Shown here in pieces: positions 1-8,317 of a DNA stretch of 64,000 nt (positions are counted from its first letter, which is position 1; the number at the start of each line of letters is the position of its first letter). Position numbers and translations under genes: made by a program. The notes under the pieces were generated by a model. That model was not told the origin of the DNA, searched no databases, and worked only from the letters and a program-made list of their open reading frames with translations. The DNA is from a virus. Location of the stretch: the IMG/VR virus record IMGVR_UViG_3300042691_018174. The stretch is one strand, 5' to 3'.

Positions 1-1
1 C

Positions 2-289
2 ATCGGACTTAGCAAGTATACGAGGATCGCTCAGTGGTGTGCCCGTCGAGGTACTCTCCAGGAGGAACTTGCTAATGACATTGCTAGGGAAATCGAAAAA
101 GCCACAGGAGCAAAAAACCTAGGTGTCTACATACAAGCAACTCATGGGTGCTGTGAGAATCGTGGTATTATGGCACATAGTAGTCTTACACAAACTACAG
201 TTCTAAAAGGATCTTTTAAAACTGATCCTGGTGCAAAAAAAGAATTCTTTGATAACATTAAACTACAACAGGAATTTGCTCCTAGATAA
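2..289 (+). CDS. folE: GTP cyclohydrolase I, C-terminal part (5' end outside window)
   Basis: Manual translation of frame 2: IGLSKYTRIAQWCARRGTLQEELAND...ATHGCCENRGI...KKEFF; matches the FolE GLSK..R, LQE and H.C...RG motifs; TAA at 287-289. Confidence 0.92.
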   Translation: MGLSKYTRIAQWCARRGTLQEELANDIAREIEKATGAKNLGVYIQATHGCCENRGIMAHSSLTQTTVLKGSFKTDPGAKKEFFDNIKLQQEFAPR

Positions 290-297
290 GGAAAATT

Positions 298-792
298 ATG
301 GCTAATTGGATTGTTAAAACTTACTACAAAAAATCAATTGAAGAACACGAACATTTTGTTAAAGATGGTAAAGAAATTACACGCAAGACTGGTTGGCGTT
401 CTGGATCTTGGAATGTAACTACTAGCGACGATAATCTTCCAGAGTTTGAATTCACATATGTCCCTGGTGGCGATGATCGAAAAGATAGTATAGACATGAA
501 CAATTGTTATTATAATAATATTGAAAATGTCGAACTGATTGAAACCTGGGATGGATGTTGGGAAGATATTGATTTTCCCGAAGACATGGCGGAAGAAGAA
601 CGAGAACGCCTAATGGAAGTGATTGAAGAAGAAGGTTTCTATGCATTAGAGGATGAAGAAGATTGGTATTCTAGCGATACTGAATGCTGGATATGGGGTC
701 CTATTCTTATTGAAAGCTCAGAGGGAACTCAAGTAAAGATTATCTGCGCAGATGAAAACGGTAATGTAATTGACTTTAAGGAGGAAGAATGA
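298..792 (+). CDS. hypothetical acidic phage protein
   Basis: 164-aa ORF with AAGGA RBS, coupled to next gene by ATGA overlap. Confidence 0.75.
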   Translation: MANWIVKTYYKKSIEEHEHFVKDGKEITRKTGWRSGSWNVTTSDDNLPEFEFTYVPGGDDRKDSIDMNNCYYNNIENVELIETWDGCWEDIDFPEDMAEEERERLMEVIEEEGFYALEDEEDWYSSDTECWIWGPILIESSEGTQVKIICADENGNVIDFKEEE

Positions 793-1004
793 ACTCTGTA
801 AACATGGCTAACGATTTAATTAATCGTGCAAAAAATCTTAAACAGTTTGTTGTTCTAAGAGAATTTGATGAAATTCCACCTGGGGTGGTAAAATTTGATA
901 TTCAACATAAACAGGGCGAACTTGCTCAAATCTTTGTTCATGCACTAACACAAGATGAAGCAGAGAGATTGGTGGATGATTGGATGATCGGTGAAGATGT
1001 TTGA
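789..1004 (+). CDS. hypothetical protein
   Basis: 71-aa ORF, GAGGA RBS, ATGA overlap. Confidence 0.7.
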   Translation: MNSVNMANDLINRAKNLKQFVVLREFDEIPPGVVKFDIQHKQGELAQIFVHALTQDEAERLVDDWMIGEDV

Positions 1005-1158
1005 TATAGAAAAACAGCATGAATATTTGATCGAATATCAAATAGATAGTATAGAATTAGGAATATTGTGTGAAAAATATCCAGGATTGAAAAACAGCTG
1101 GGTGCAGTTTAAATCTATATACGAAATGTGTAAAGACCAGATGTTAATTGAAAAGTAA
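997..1158 (+). CDS. small hypothetical protein (53 aa, MFDIEKQHEY...CEKYPGLKNSW...)
   Basis: Manual translation; fills the gap in a tightly packed operon; below ORF-track cutoff. Confidence 0.6.
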   Translation: MFDIEKQHEYLIEYQIDSIELGILCEKYPGLKNSWVQFKSIYEMCKDQMLIEK

Positions 1159-1161
1159 CTT

Positions 1162-1293
1162 ATGAACTCATTCTATTTCTATTTTTTAAGTTTGATTTTT
1201 TCCATTGCTAGTCTAGTCGATCACAATATTTTATTAATGTTAATTGCACTAATATCTTCATTTTTAGGTATACTTGTAGAAAGAAAAACTTAA
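1162..1293 (+). CDS. small membrane protein (43 aa, two hydrophobic stretches)
   Basis: Manual translation MNSFYFYFLSLIFSIASLVDHNILLMLIALISSFLGILVERKT; TAATG stop/start overlap with next gene. Confidence 0.5.
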   Translation: MNSFYFYFLSLIFSIASLVDHNILLMLIALISSFLGILVERKT

Positions 1294-1733
1294 TGAAGTT
1301 GATGCCTTTAAAAAATGAACTGATGGTACAACAACAACTACCAGCAAAGCAAGAAAGAATACGTGCTTGGCAACACATGGTAGCAGTTATCATGTTAAAT
1401 CAGACAAATAGAATGTCTGTAAAAAAGATATTACCTAATTTTTTAAATCATTGGTCTAGACCTTCGCAATTCATACAAGCCGATGCTAAACAAGTTCAAG
1501 AACTAATTAAACCTTTGGGAATGGTAAATGTTCGTACTAAACGGTTGTTAAAAATGACCATAGATTTTTTGACTTGGGACGGAAATGATGCTACAATGTT
1601 ATACGGCATTGGAAAATATGGTTCTGATAGTTATGAAATCTTTTTCAAACAAAACTACACTGTACAACCTACAGATAAAGAACTAAAGAGATATCTTACA
1701 GAGGAGATTTTTGGTGTTGTTAAAACTGCTTGA
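1293..1733 (+). CDS. HhH-GPD DNA glycosylase, MBD4-like
   Basis: LMVQ..., W..MVAVIMLNQT, IKPLG, GIGKYGSDSY (HhH) and QPTDKEL (catalytic Asp) parallel the MBD4 glycosylase domain. Confidence 0.85.
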   Translation: MKLMPLKNELMVQQQLPAKQERIRAWQHMVAVIMLNQTNRMSVKKILPNFLNHWSRPSQFIQADAKQVQELIKPLGMVNVRTKRLLKMTIDFLTWDGNDATMLYGIGKYGSDSYEIFFKQNYTVQPTDKELKRYLTEEIFGVVKTA

Positions 1734-2148
1734 AAAATTAGGTCGTAAAAGAATCATATATGATCGTGTAGAAAACGAACCATATCTTGAGCGTTATTAT
1801 CTTTTTTTAAAGGAACGTGAACGATTTCCGTTCAATATATTCCTTCATAAATTTCTAAAAGGCGATCCTGATGATCTACACGATCATCCTTGGCCTTATG
1901 CTACACTTATTCTTAAAGGCGGATATTGGGAAACTACACCAGAAGGAACATTTTGGAGAAAGCCTGGCCATTTTAGAACATGTAAAGCAGAAAGCTATCA
2001 TAGAATCGATTTAGAACCTGGTGTGGAGTGTTGGACACTATTCATGCCTGGTCCTCATAAAAGAGAGTGGGGTTTTGACGTTAAAGGTAAATGGATAAAA
2101 TGGGACGAATATTTAAGGATGCGATATGAAAAAGCTAATATTAAGTAA
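1711..2148 (+). CDS. cupin-fold protein
   Basis: LHDHPW...GGYWE and YHRIDL...WTLF metal-binding cupin motifs. Confidence 0.7.
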   Translation: MVLLKLLEKLGRKRIIYDRVENEPYLERYYLFLKERERFPFNIFLHKFLKGDPDDLHDHPWPYATLILKGGYWETTPEGTFWRKPGHFRTCKAESYHRIDLEPGVECWTLFMPGPHKREWGFDVKGKWIKWDEYLRMRYEKANIK

Positions 2149-2683
2149 CAAAGAAATCAAAAATTTAACATCAAAAATTTGTAGAGAAATAGCCAATTTA
2201 AATTGGAAGCCGGAAATTATTGTAGGAATTAATCGAGGTGGGCTAATTCCTGGTATACTACTAAGCCAGTGGTTCAATGCTAAACACGTTCCTTTATCTG
2301 TGAGTTTACGTGACGGTGGGGATTGTGAAAGTAATTTATGGCTTGCAGAATATGCGTTCGGTTATAATTCAAATCCAGAAAATAGTGGAGTGAAAGAAAG
2401 TCGATGGGATCCAAGTCTAAGAAAAAATATTTTAATTGTTGACGATATTAATGACAGCGGTGCCACATTTAATTGGATTAAAGAAGATTGGATCAGTGGC
2501 TGTCTGCCTAATGAGACTAATGTTTGGAATAGAGTTTGGAATCAAAATGTAAAATTTGCTGTATTAGTAGACAATTTAGCAAGTAATTGTGAACTCAAAA
2601 TGGATTTCTGTGGTATGGAAATTAATAAAGCAGAAAATGATGTTTGGGTCGATTTTCCATGGGAAGAATGGTGGTCAAAATGA
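2126..2683 (+). CDS. type I phosphoribosyltransferase (xanthine/guanine PRT-like)
   Basis: IVGINRGGLIP and PRPP-binding ILIVDDINDSGAT; C-terminal WVDFPWE as in Gpt. Confidence 0.88.
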   Translation: MKKLILSNKEIKNLTSKICREIANLNWKPEIIVGINRGGLIPGILLSQWFNAKHVPLSVSLRDGGDCESNLWLAEYAFGYNSNPENSGVKESRWDPSLRKNILIVDDINDSGATFNWIKEDWISGCLPNETNVWNRVWNQNVKFAVLVDNLASNCELKMDFCGMEINKAENDVWVDFPWEEWWSK

Positions 2684-3069
2684 AAGATACAAATAAAGTA
2701 ATGCTAGGTCAACCTGCATTCATTGAAGACAGTAACGCTCCTTGGGATAATATGTTAGAAGAAGATTATCATATTAAAGTATTTTATGACAAATATCCAG
2801 TTACCGAGGGACATCTATTATTCGTGCCTAAATACAATACCGTTGCTGTTTTAATGGATTGTTTTGAAACTGCTGTACACGATGGCATTAAACGAGTACA
2901 AGATGGTGAGTGGGATGGTTTTAATGTAGGATTTAATTATGGTCAAGCAGCCGGTCAAACTGTTGAATGGCCACATGTTCATCTTATTCCTCGCCGTAAA
3001 GGAGATATGGAAGATCCTACAGGCGGTGTCCGGCACGTTATTCCCGAAAAGGGAAATTATAAAAAATGA
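2680..3069 (+). CDS. HIT family nucleotide hydrolase
   Basis: DKYPVTEGHLLFVPK, GFNVGFNYGQAAGQTVEWPHVHLIPR; start placed at the ATGA overlap at 2680. Confidence 0.88.
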   Translation: MKDTNKVMLGQPAFIEDSNAPWDNMLEEDYHIKVFYDKYPVTEGHLLFVPKYNTVAVLMDCFETAVHDGIKRVQDGEWDGFNVGFNYGQAAGQTVEWPHVHLIPRRKGDMEDPTGGVRHVIPEKGNYKK

Positions 3070-3278
3070 GCCCAAGTGATCATGAAGTAATTATAGATTG
3101 GACTCCGCAAAGAGGTACGATATGGTGGAACGAAATATGTGCGAAAGTATTAGAAGTTTTTGGGTTACCTGGTACCAGGTTTATTTTTACACCAACTGAA
3201 GATTATATGATCTTCACATTTAAATCTATTAAAGATGCACAATTATGTCGGATAATGTTCAGCGAAGTGATATCATAA
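3066..3278 (+). CDS. hypothetical protein
   Basis: 70-aa ORF, ATGA overlap. Confidence 0.65.
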   Translation: MSPSDHEVIIDWTPQRGTIWWNEICAKVLEVFGLPGTRFIFTPTEDYMIFTFKSIKDAQLCRIMFSEVIS

Positions 3279-3469
3279 TAATTTTGATAGTAGCAGTAGC
3301 AATGCTAGTTTTGATTTTTACCTCATTTGGGGAGAATCGGACAGTTATTTACGATTGCCGCATGTCTGAGATAAGTCCTGATTTTCCAATTGAAGTCAAA
3401 GAAGAATGTCGAAAGTTATTAAAACAACATATTGACAACGAGTCAAAAAGGGGTTATATTAAAACATGA
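3245..3469 (+). CDS. hypothetical protein with N-terminal TM/signal segment
   Basis: IIIILIVAVAMLVLIF hydrophobic run; ATGA overlap with queE. Confidence 0.6.
   Translation: MSDNVQRSDIIIILIVAVAMLVLIFTSFGENRTVIYDCRMSEISPDFPIEVKEECRKLLKQHIDNESKRGYIKT
3432..3460 (+). promoter_or_regulatory. sigma70-type promoter upstream of queE
   Basis: TTGACA(3432-37)-17 bp-TATATT(3455-60). Confidence 0.6.
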
Positions 3470-4326
3470 GTAAATTAAAAATCGCAGAGCTGTTTTACAG
3501 CATACAAGGTGAAGGACGTTATATGGGCGTCCCTTCTGTATTTCTACGTACATTTGGCTGTAACTTTAAATGTGCCGGCTTTGGTATGCCACGTGATGAA
3601 ATTAGTATTGAAGCCGATGACATTGCTTATACCCACGCAAACATCGAGTCTTTTCAAAAATATGAAGAACTTCCATTAGTTAGCACAGGTTGTGACAGTT
3701 ATGCTAGTTGGCATCCTGCGTTTAAGGATCTAAGTCCAATGCTTACAAGCGATGCTATTGTAGATCGCATTATGGAAATTATTCCTCATAAAGAATGGAA
3801 GGACGAACACTTAGTTATCACAGGCGGAGAACCGTTGCTAGGTTGGCAACGAGCTTATCCAGACTTGCTAGATCATCCTAAGATGAAAAGTTTGAAAGAA
3901 ATTACATTTGAAACAAATGGTACTCAAAAGCTAACTCCTGAGTTTAAAGACTATTTGTCACGTTGGGCTGGTTCAAAATGGGGTGTTAGAGAAATTACAT
4001 TTTCAGTTAGTGCTAAACTACCTTGTTCGGGCGAAAAGTGGGAAGATGCTATTTGTCCAGCGATTGTTAAAGAATACGAAGATGTAGGCACTGCGTATCT
4101 TAAATTTGTCATCGCAACAGAGCAAGACTTTGCGGATGCAGAGTGTGCTATTGCTGCGTATCGGTCTGCTGGGTTTAAAGGACATGTTTATCTAATGCCT
4201 GTTGGCGGTGTGGAAAGTGTGTACGCACTAAACAATAAGAATGTAGCATTGTTGGCTATGAAAAACGGATTACGATATAGTGACCGTTTACAAGTGCCAC
4301 TGTTTAAAAATGAGTGGGGAACTTAA
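3466..4326 (+). CDS. queE: 7-carboxy-7-deazaguanine synthase (radical SAM)
   Basis: ELFYSIQGEG...PSVFLRTFGCN, GCDS, VITGGEPLL, ETNGT, YLMP, RYSDRLQ. Confidence 0.9.
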   Translation: MSKLKIAELFYSIQGEGRYMGVPSVFLRTFGCNFKCAGFGMPRDEISIEADDIAYTHANIESFQKYEELPLVSTGCDSYASWHPAFKDLSPMLTSDAIVDRIMEIIPHKEWKDEHLVITGGEPLLGWQRAYPDLLDHPKMKSLKEITFETNGTQKLTPEFKDYLSRWAGSKWGVREITFSVSAKLPCSGEKWEDAICPAIVKEYEDVGTAYLKFVIATEQDFADAECAIAAYRSAGFKGHVYLMPVGGVESVYALNNKNVALLAMKNGLRYSDRLQVPLFKNEWGT

Positions 4327-4336
4327 GGAGGAAATT

Positions 4337-4699
4337 ATGGTAACTAGAAAAGCAACTACAAAGACAGAACCTGCGGTTAAAAAACCCAGAGCTAAAAAAT
4401 CTTTAACACCAAAAGAAAAAGCAACTGCTAAAAAAGAACCTTGGGTTTCAGTATTGGAAACACATGTTAATCCGGAAAATCCATCAAATGGATTCTTTGA
4501 GCTTGACTGGAATGAGTATTTTATAGTACTATTAAAGAGTCATGGTTATGATGGTCCCACTGAAGAAAGCATCGTTGATGCTTGGTTTCAAATACTCTGT
4601 AAAAATATTGGAAATGAGCAGGGTGTAGATATGGAACGACGAGGAAGTGGTTATATTAATGTTCAAAAAATTGGTAATAATAAATCAGAAGTGAGTTAA
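4337..4699 (+). CDS. hypothetical phage protein with Lys-rich N-terminus
   Basis: AAGGAGG RBS before ATG 4337; GFFELDWN core. Confidence 0.75.
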   Translation: MVTRKATTKTEPAVKKPRAKKSLTPKEKATAKKEPWVSVLETHVNPENPSNGFFELDWNEYFIVLLKSHGYDGPTEESIVDAWFQILCKNIGNEQGVDMERRGSGYINVQKIGNNKSEVS

Positions 4700-5686
4700 A
4701 TGAATTATATTCTAGTTGATACTGCTAATACGTTTTTTCGAGCAAGGCATGCTGTTAAAGGTGATTTAGAGACCAAAATTGGTATGAGTCTTCACGTCAC
4801 CTTTAACAGTGTAAAAAAGGCTTGGAAAGACTTTGATGGTGATCACGTAATTTTCTGTTTAGAAGGTCGTAGCTGGAGAAAGGATTACTATGAGCCATAT
4901 AAAAGAAATCGCAGTGACGCTAGAGCCGCACATAACGAAAAAGAGGCTGAAGAAGAACGAGTATTTTGGGAAACCTTTGATCAGTTTAAAGAATTCATAA
5001 ATGAAAAAACTAATTGCACAGTACTTCAGCATCCTCAGTTAGAAGCTGATGATTTAATTGCTGGCTGGATTCAGAATCATCCTCAAGATAATCATATTAT
5101 TATCAGTACTGATGGCGATTTTGCACAAATGATTGCTCCTAATGTAAAGCAATACAACGGGGTAAGCGAAGTTACTACAACACATGAAGGTTACTTTGAT
5201 GCTAAAGGCAAACGTGTCAAAGATAAAAAAACAGGAGAAGAAAAGCCTGCTCCTAATCCTGAATGGCTTTTATTTGAAAAATGTATGCGTGGTGATACTA
5301 GCGATAATATCTTTAGTGCGTACCCCGGAGTTCGTACTAAAGGTACAAGCAAAAAAGTAGGTCTTACTGAGGCTTTTGAAGATAGAAAAACTAAAGGCTT
5401 TTCGTGGAATAATCTCATGCTTCAGAGATGGACTGACCACGAAGGTAAAGAACATCGAGTTTTAGAAGATTATCAAAGAAATGTTTTATTGTGTGATCTA
5501 TCTGCACAGCCTGACGACATTAAAAATTTAATTAATCAAACTATTAAAATCGAAACTGATAAAAATAAAAATGTTTCTCAGGTAGGTATAAGAATGATTA
5601 AATTTTGTGGAAGTTACGACTTGATCAAAATTAGTGAAAATATACAACAATACGTAGATCCGTTTAATTCGAGGTATCAACAATGA
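4700..5686 (+). CDS. rnh: T4-type RNase H / 5'-3' exonuclease (FEN family)
   Basis: ILVD, SWRK..Y..YK..R, EADD, STDGDF.Q, GD.SDNI motifs. Confidence 0.9.
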   Translation: MNYILVDTANTFFRARHAVKGDLETKIGMSLHVTFNSVKKAWKDFDGDHVIFCLEGRSWRKDYYEPYKRNRSDARAAHNEKEAEEERVFWETFDQFKEFINEKTNCTVLQHPQLEADDLIAGWIQNHPQDNHIIISTDGDFAQMIAPNVKQYNGVSEVTTTHEGYFDAKGKRVKDKKTGEEKPAPNPEWLLFEKCMRGDTSDNIFSAYPGVRTKGTSKKVGLTEAFEDRKTKGFSWNNLMLQRWTDHEGKEHRVLEDYQRNVLLCDLSAQPDDIKNLINQTIKIETDKNKNVSQVGIRMIKFCGSYDLIKISENIQQYVDPFNSRYQQ

Positions 5687-6153
5687 ATTCAGTAGCAAAA
5701 CCATTAATACCAAATAAGGAATGGATAATTGAAAATAATGGCAGGAAAGTAGGTACACTGAGTAAAGAGAAAAAAGGTTATGTATTTCTTTCAAAAGGTG
5801 TTAAAGTTCAATTTCAAGATTTAAAAGAGGTTGAACAAATTATGGACTTATATTTAGAAACTCCCTATTCTAAATCTGCCAGTAAAGAAAAAAGTGTTCA
5901 TGGCTATGAAACAAAAACTGTACCACATAATCCTTTATATGATGTAAAAAGACGATTACCACTTTATACCAAGAGTGCTAAAAGCATTAGTAAACATTGT
6001 GCAGGACACTATATAATTAGATTTCCAAAAGGCTGGGTCAAGAGTCACTGTCCTAAATTAATCACTTTAGAAAGATATCCTTATAGAGGACCTTTTAAAA
6101 CTGAACTAGAAAGTAGACAAGAGTTAACAAAGGCACATCGTGAAAGAAATTAA
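5683..6153 (+). CDS. hypothetical protein
   Basis: 156-aa ORF, ATGA overlap. Confidence 0.75.
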   Translation: MNSVAKPLIPNKEWIIENNGRKVGTLSKEKKGYVFLSKGVKVQFQDLKEVEQIMDLYLETPYSKSASKEKSVHGYETKTVPHNPLYDVKRRLPLYTKSAKSISKHCAGHYIIRFPKGWVKSHCPKLITLERYPYRGPFKTELESRQELTKAHRERN

Positions 6154-6361
6154 TAACTATATTATAGAAGATTTTGCTGATAAAGTATATGCGGCTAAAA
6201 AAGCAAATAAACAACAAGTGGTATTAGATATTAAAGAAGCACAAATTCTAGTAGAAAATCTCACAATTGTGTTAGCTAGAGCACTATCAAACACTGAAAA
6301 AATGGTATCTTCTAATGAAGATGGTACGATTTCTGTTCAAGTAGATGGAGGATCTTTCTGA
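6140..6361 (+). CDS. hypothetical protein
   Basis: 73-aa ORF (GTG start) overlapping upstream gene. Confidence 0.65.
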   Translation: MKEINNYIIEDFADKVYAAKKANKQQVVLDIKEAQILVENLTIVLARALSNTEKMVSSNEDGTISVQVDGGSF

Positions 6362-6367
6362 TAAATA
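6361..6367 (+). promoter_or_regulatory. T4-like late promoter (ATAAATA)
   Basis: Matches the TATAAATA core at the start of an intergenic gap. Confidence 0.55.
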
Positions 6368-6396
6368 AGTACGTATAGAACATAACGTGCTTAATT

Positions 6397-6690
6397 ATGA
6401 GTAGACCAAAACCAAATATTATATTAGAACACGCCAACAAAAAAACATATAAAATAGAACAAGTGTTGGAAAGTGACGCCATTTGGGCAGTTTTTTACAT
6501 GGGTAAGCCAGTAAATTTAAAAACAAGTAGCCTTGTATCTAGCTATCCTGGACCAAAATATAAAAAAGTATCATTTTCAAATCCAGGACATGCGTTTAAT
6601 CTAGCCAAAAAATTAAACAAGCTGTTTAATACTGAAGACTTTCAAGTATTCAAACTTACTTCTGGCGAAGTAGTAAATGAACAAGATTGA
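6397..6690 (+). CDS. hypothetical phage protein
   Basis: 97-aa basic ORF (MSRPKP...GPKYKKVSFSNPGHA). Confidence 0.75.
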   Translation: MSRPKPNIILEHANKKTYKIEQVLESDAIWAVFYMGKPVNLKTSSLVSSYPGPKYKKVSFSNPGHAFNLAKKLNKLFNTEDFQVFKLTSGEVVNEQD

Positions 6691-7057
6691 CATAACTAAA
6701 AAAATTTTGTCATTAGACAGCGACTACGATCCAAAATATTTTAATAAATTTTACAAAGCCTGGTGGTATAACTGGCGTAATTCTGAAAATTGTAAATTTA
6801 GGTTAACAGATTCTGGTTACGAGTATTTCAAAAATGTTGCTGAAATAAAATTTTACGAAATTAGATATCCAAAAGGGTTAGTAATTACTAACAAAATCGT
6901 CATAGATTTGGACAGATATATCGACTGTCCATACTTCATAGATAAAAAATCATTAATGGTTTCCAGTGAAAAAGTTGCAGTTCAATTAGTATTATTTGAT
7001 GGTAATTTGGGCAATTTTGGCAAAGCGAAACGTAGAAAAATCCAAAAAGGTACTTGA
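6677..7057 (+). CDS. hypothetical protein
   Basis: 126-aa ORF overlapping upstream gene. Confidence 0.7.
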   Translation: MNKIDITKKILSLDSDYDPKYFNKFYKAWWYNWRNSENCKFRLTDSGYEYFKNVAEIKFYEIRYPKGLVITNKIVIDLDRYIDCPYFIDKKSLMVSSEKVAVQLVLFDGNLGNFGKAKRRKIQKGT

Positions 7058-7082
7058 CATTCTGGTTGCTGGTCAGTATAAT
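7054..7082 (+). promoter_or_regulatory. perfect sigma70 (early) promoter
   Basis: TTGACA(7054-59)-17 bp-TATAAT(7077-82). Confidence 0.88.
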
Positions 7083-7132
7083 AAACACACTGACACAGTA
7101 AATTTCTTCACTAAACTTTGAAAGGTAACCAA

Positions 7133-8215
7133 ATGAAGAGCGAAATGAGTACTAATCGAACTGTAACTCCCAATGAAGCAAAGAAGTCTTTGCGTAAGTG
7201 TATCAAAAAGCAACGCCCTATTTTCATGTGGGGGCCTCCAGGTATTGGTAAATCTGACATTGTTCGTCAAATTGCTGTTGAGCAAGATCGCGAAGTTATT
7301 GACGTACGTCTTCCTCTTTGGGAACCTACAGATATTAAAGGCATTCCTTATTACAATGCCAAAGATAATACTATGAGCTGGGCTCCGCCGGTCGAGTTGC
7401 CTAGTGATCCAAAATGCAATGCTATTTTGTTTTTGGACGAATTGAATGCGGCTCCTCCCGCAGTACAAGCGGCAGCATATCAATTGATTTTGAATCGTCG
7501 GGTAGGAACATATATTTTGCCTGAAGGCGTAAGCATTGTTGCTGCCGGTAATCGTGAAACTGACAAAGGTGTTACTTATCGTATGCCCGCTCCGTTGGCT
7601 AATCGTTTTTTGCATTTGGAACTACGTGTAGATTTTGATGACTGGAACGTTTGGGCTGCTCAAAATAAAATTCATAGTGACGTAGGTGGTTACTTGAATT
7701 TTGCTAAACAAGATCTTTATGATTTTGATCCTAAGAGTTCGAGTCGTGCATTTGCAACACCTCGCACTTGGTCATTTGTTTCAGAAATGATCGAAGATGC
7801 TGATCTTGATGACAACACATTGACTGATTTGGTCGCTGGGTGCGTTGGTGAAGGACTTGCTGTTAAGTTTATGGCTCACCGTAAGATTTCTGGTCAGCTT
7901 CCTAAGCCAGATGATATTTTGGACGGCAAAGTTTCAGAACTAAAAATCAAAGAAATTTCTGCTATGTATTCTTTGACCATTGGGCTGTGCTATGAACTAC
8001 AAACTAGGCATGAAAAGAAAGCCAAAAATTGGGATAAAATGGCAGACAATTTCTTCCGTTTTATGATGGATAATTTCCCGACTGAGATTGTGGTCATGGG
8101 AGCAAAGACTGCTCTTACTAACTTCCAATTGCCATTCGATCCTGCAGAAATGCAGAATTTTGATGAATTTCATGATCGTTTTGGTAAGTATGTTATTACT
8201 GCACTGGAAAAGTAA
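7133..8215 (+). CDS. MoxR/dynein-related AAA+ ATPase
   Basis: Walker A GPPGIGKS, Walker B LFLDE, AAGN, LANRF, TPRTW; start taken at ATG 7133. Confidence 0.9.
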   Translation: MKSEMSTNRTVTPNEAKKSLRKCIKKQRPIFMWGPPGIGKSDIVRQIAVEQDREVIDVRLPLWEPTDIKGIPYYNAKDNTMSWAPPVELPSDPKCNAILFLDELNAAPPAVQAAAYQLILNRRVGTYILPEGVSIVAAGNRETDKGVTYRMPAPLANRFLHLELRVDFDDWNVWAAQNKIHSDVGGYLNFAKQDLYDFDPKSSSRAFATPRTWSFVSEMIEDADLDDNTLTDLVAGCVGEGLAVKFMAHRKISGQLPKPDDILDGKVSELKIKEISAMYSLTIGLCYELQTRHEKKAKNWDKMADNFFRFMMDNFPTEIVVMGAKTALTNFQLPFDPAEMQNFDEFHDRFGKYVITALEK

Positions 8216-8231
8216 TTGCAATATTTCAAAC

Positions 8232-8258
8232 AAAAGGGGGGATTTTATCCCCTTTTTT
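8232..8258 (+). terminator. rho-independent terminator
   Basis: AAAAGGGGGGA-loop-TCCCCTTTTTT hairpin with T tract. Confidence 0.75.
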
Positions 8259-8259
8259 G

Positions 8260-8288
8260 TTGACTTTCACACAAGAATCAGGTATAAT
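8260..8288 (+). promoter_or_regulatory. sigma70 (early) promoter
   Basis: TTGACT(8260-65)-17 bp-TATAAT(8283-88). Confidence 0.82.
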
Positions 8289-8317
8289 TATACTATATTA
8301 AACAGAAAGGAAACTTT

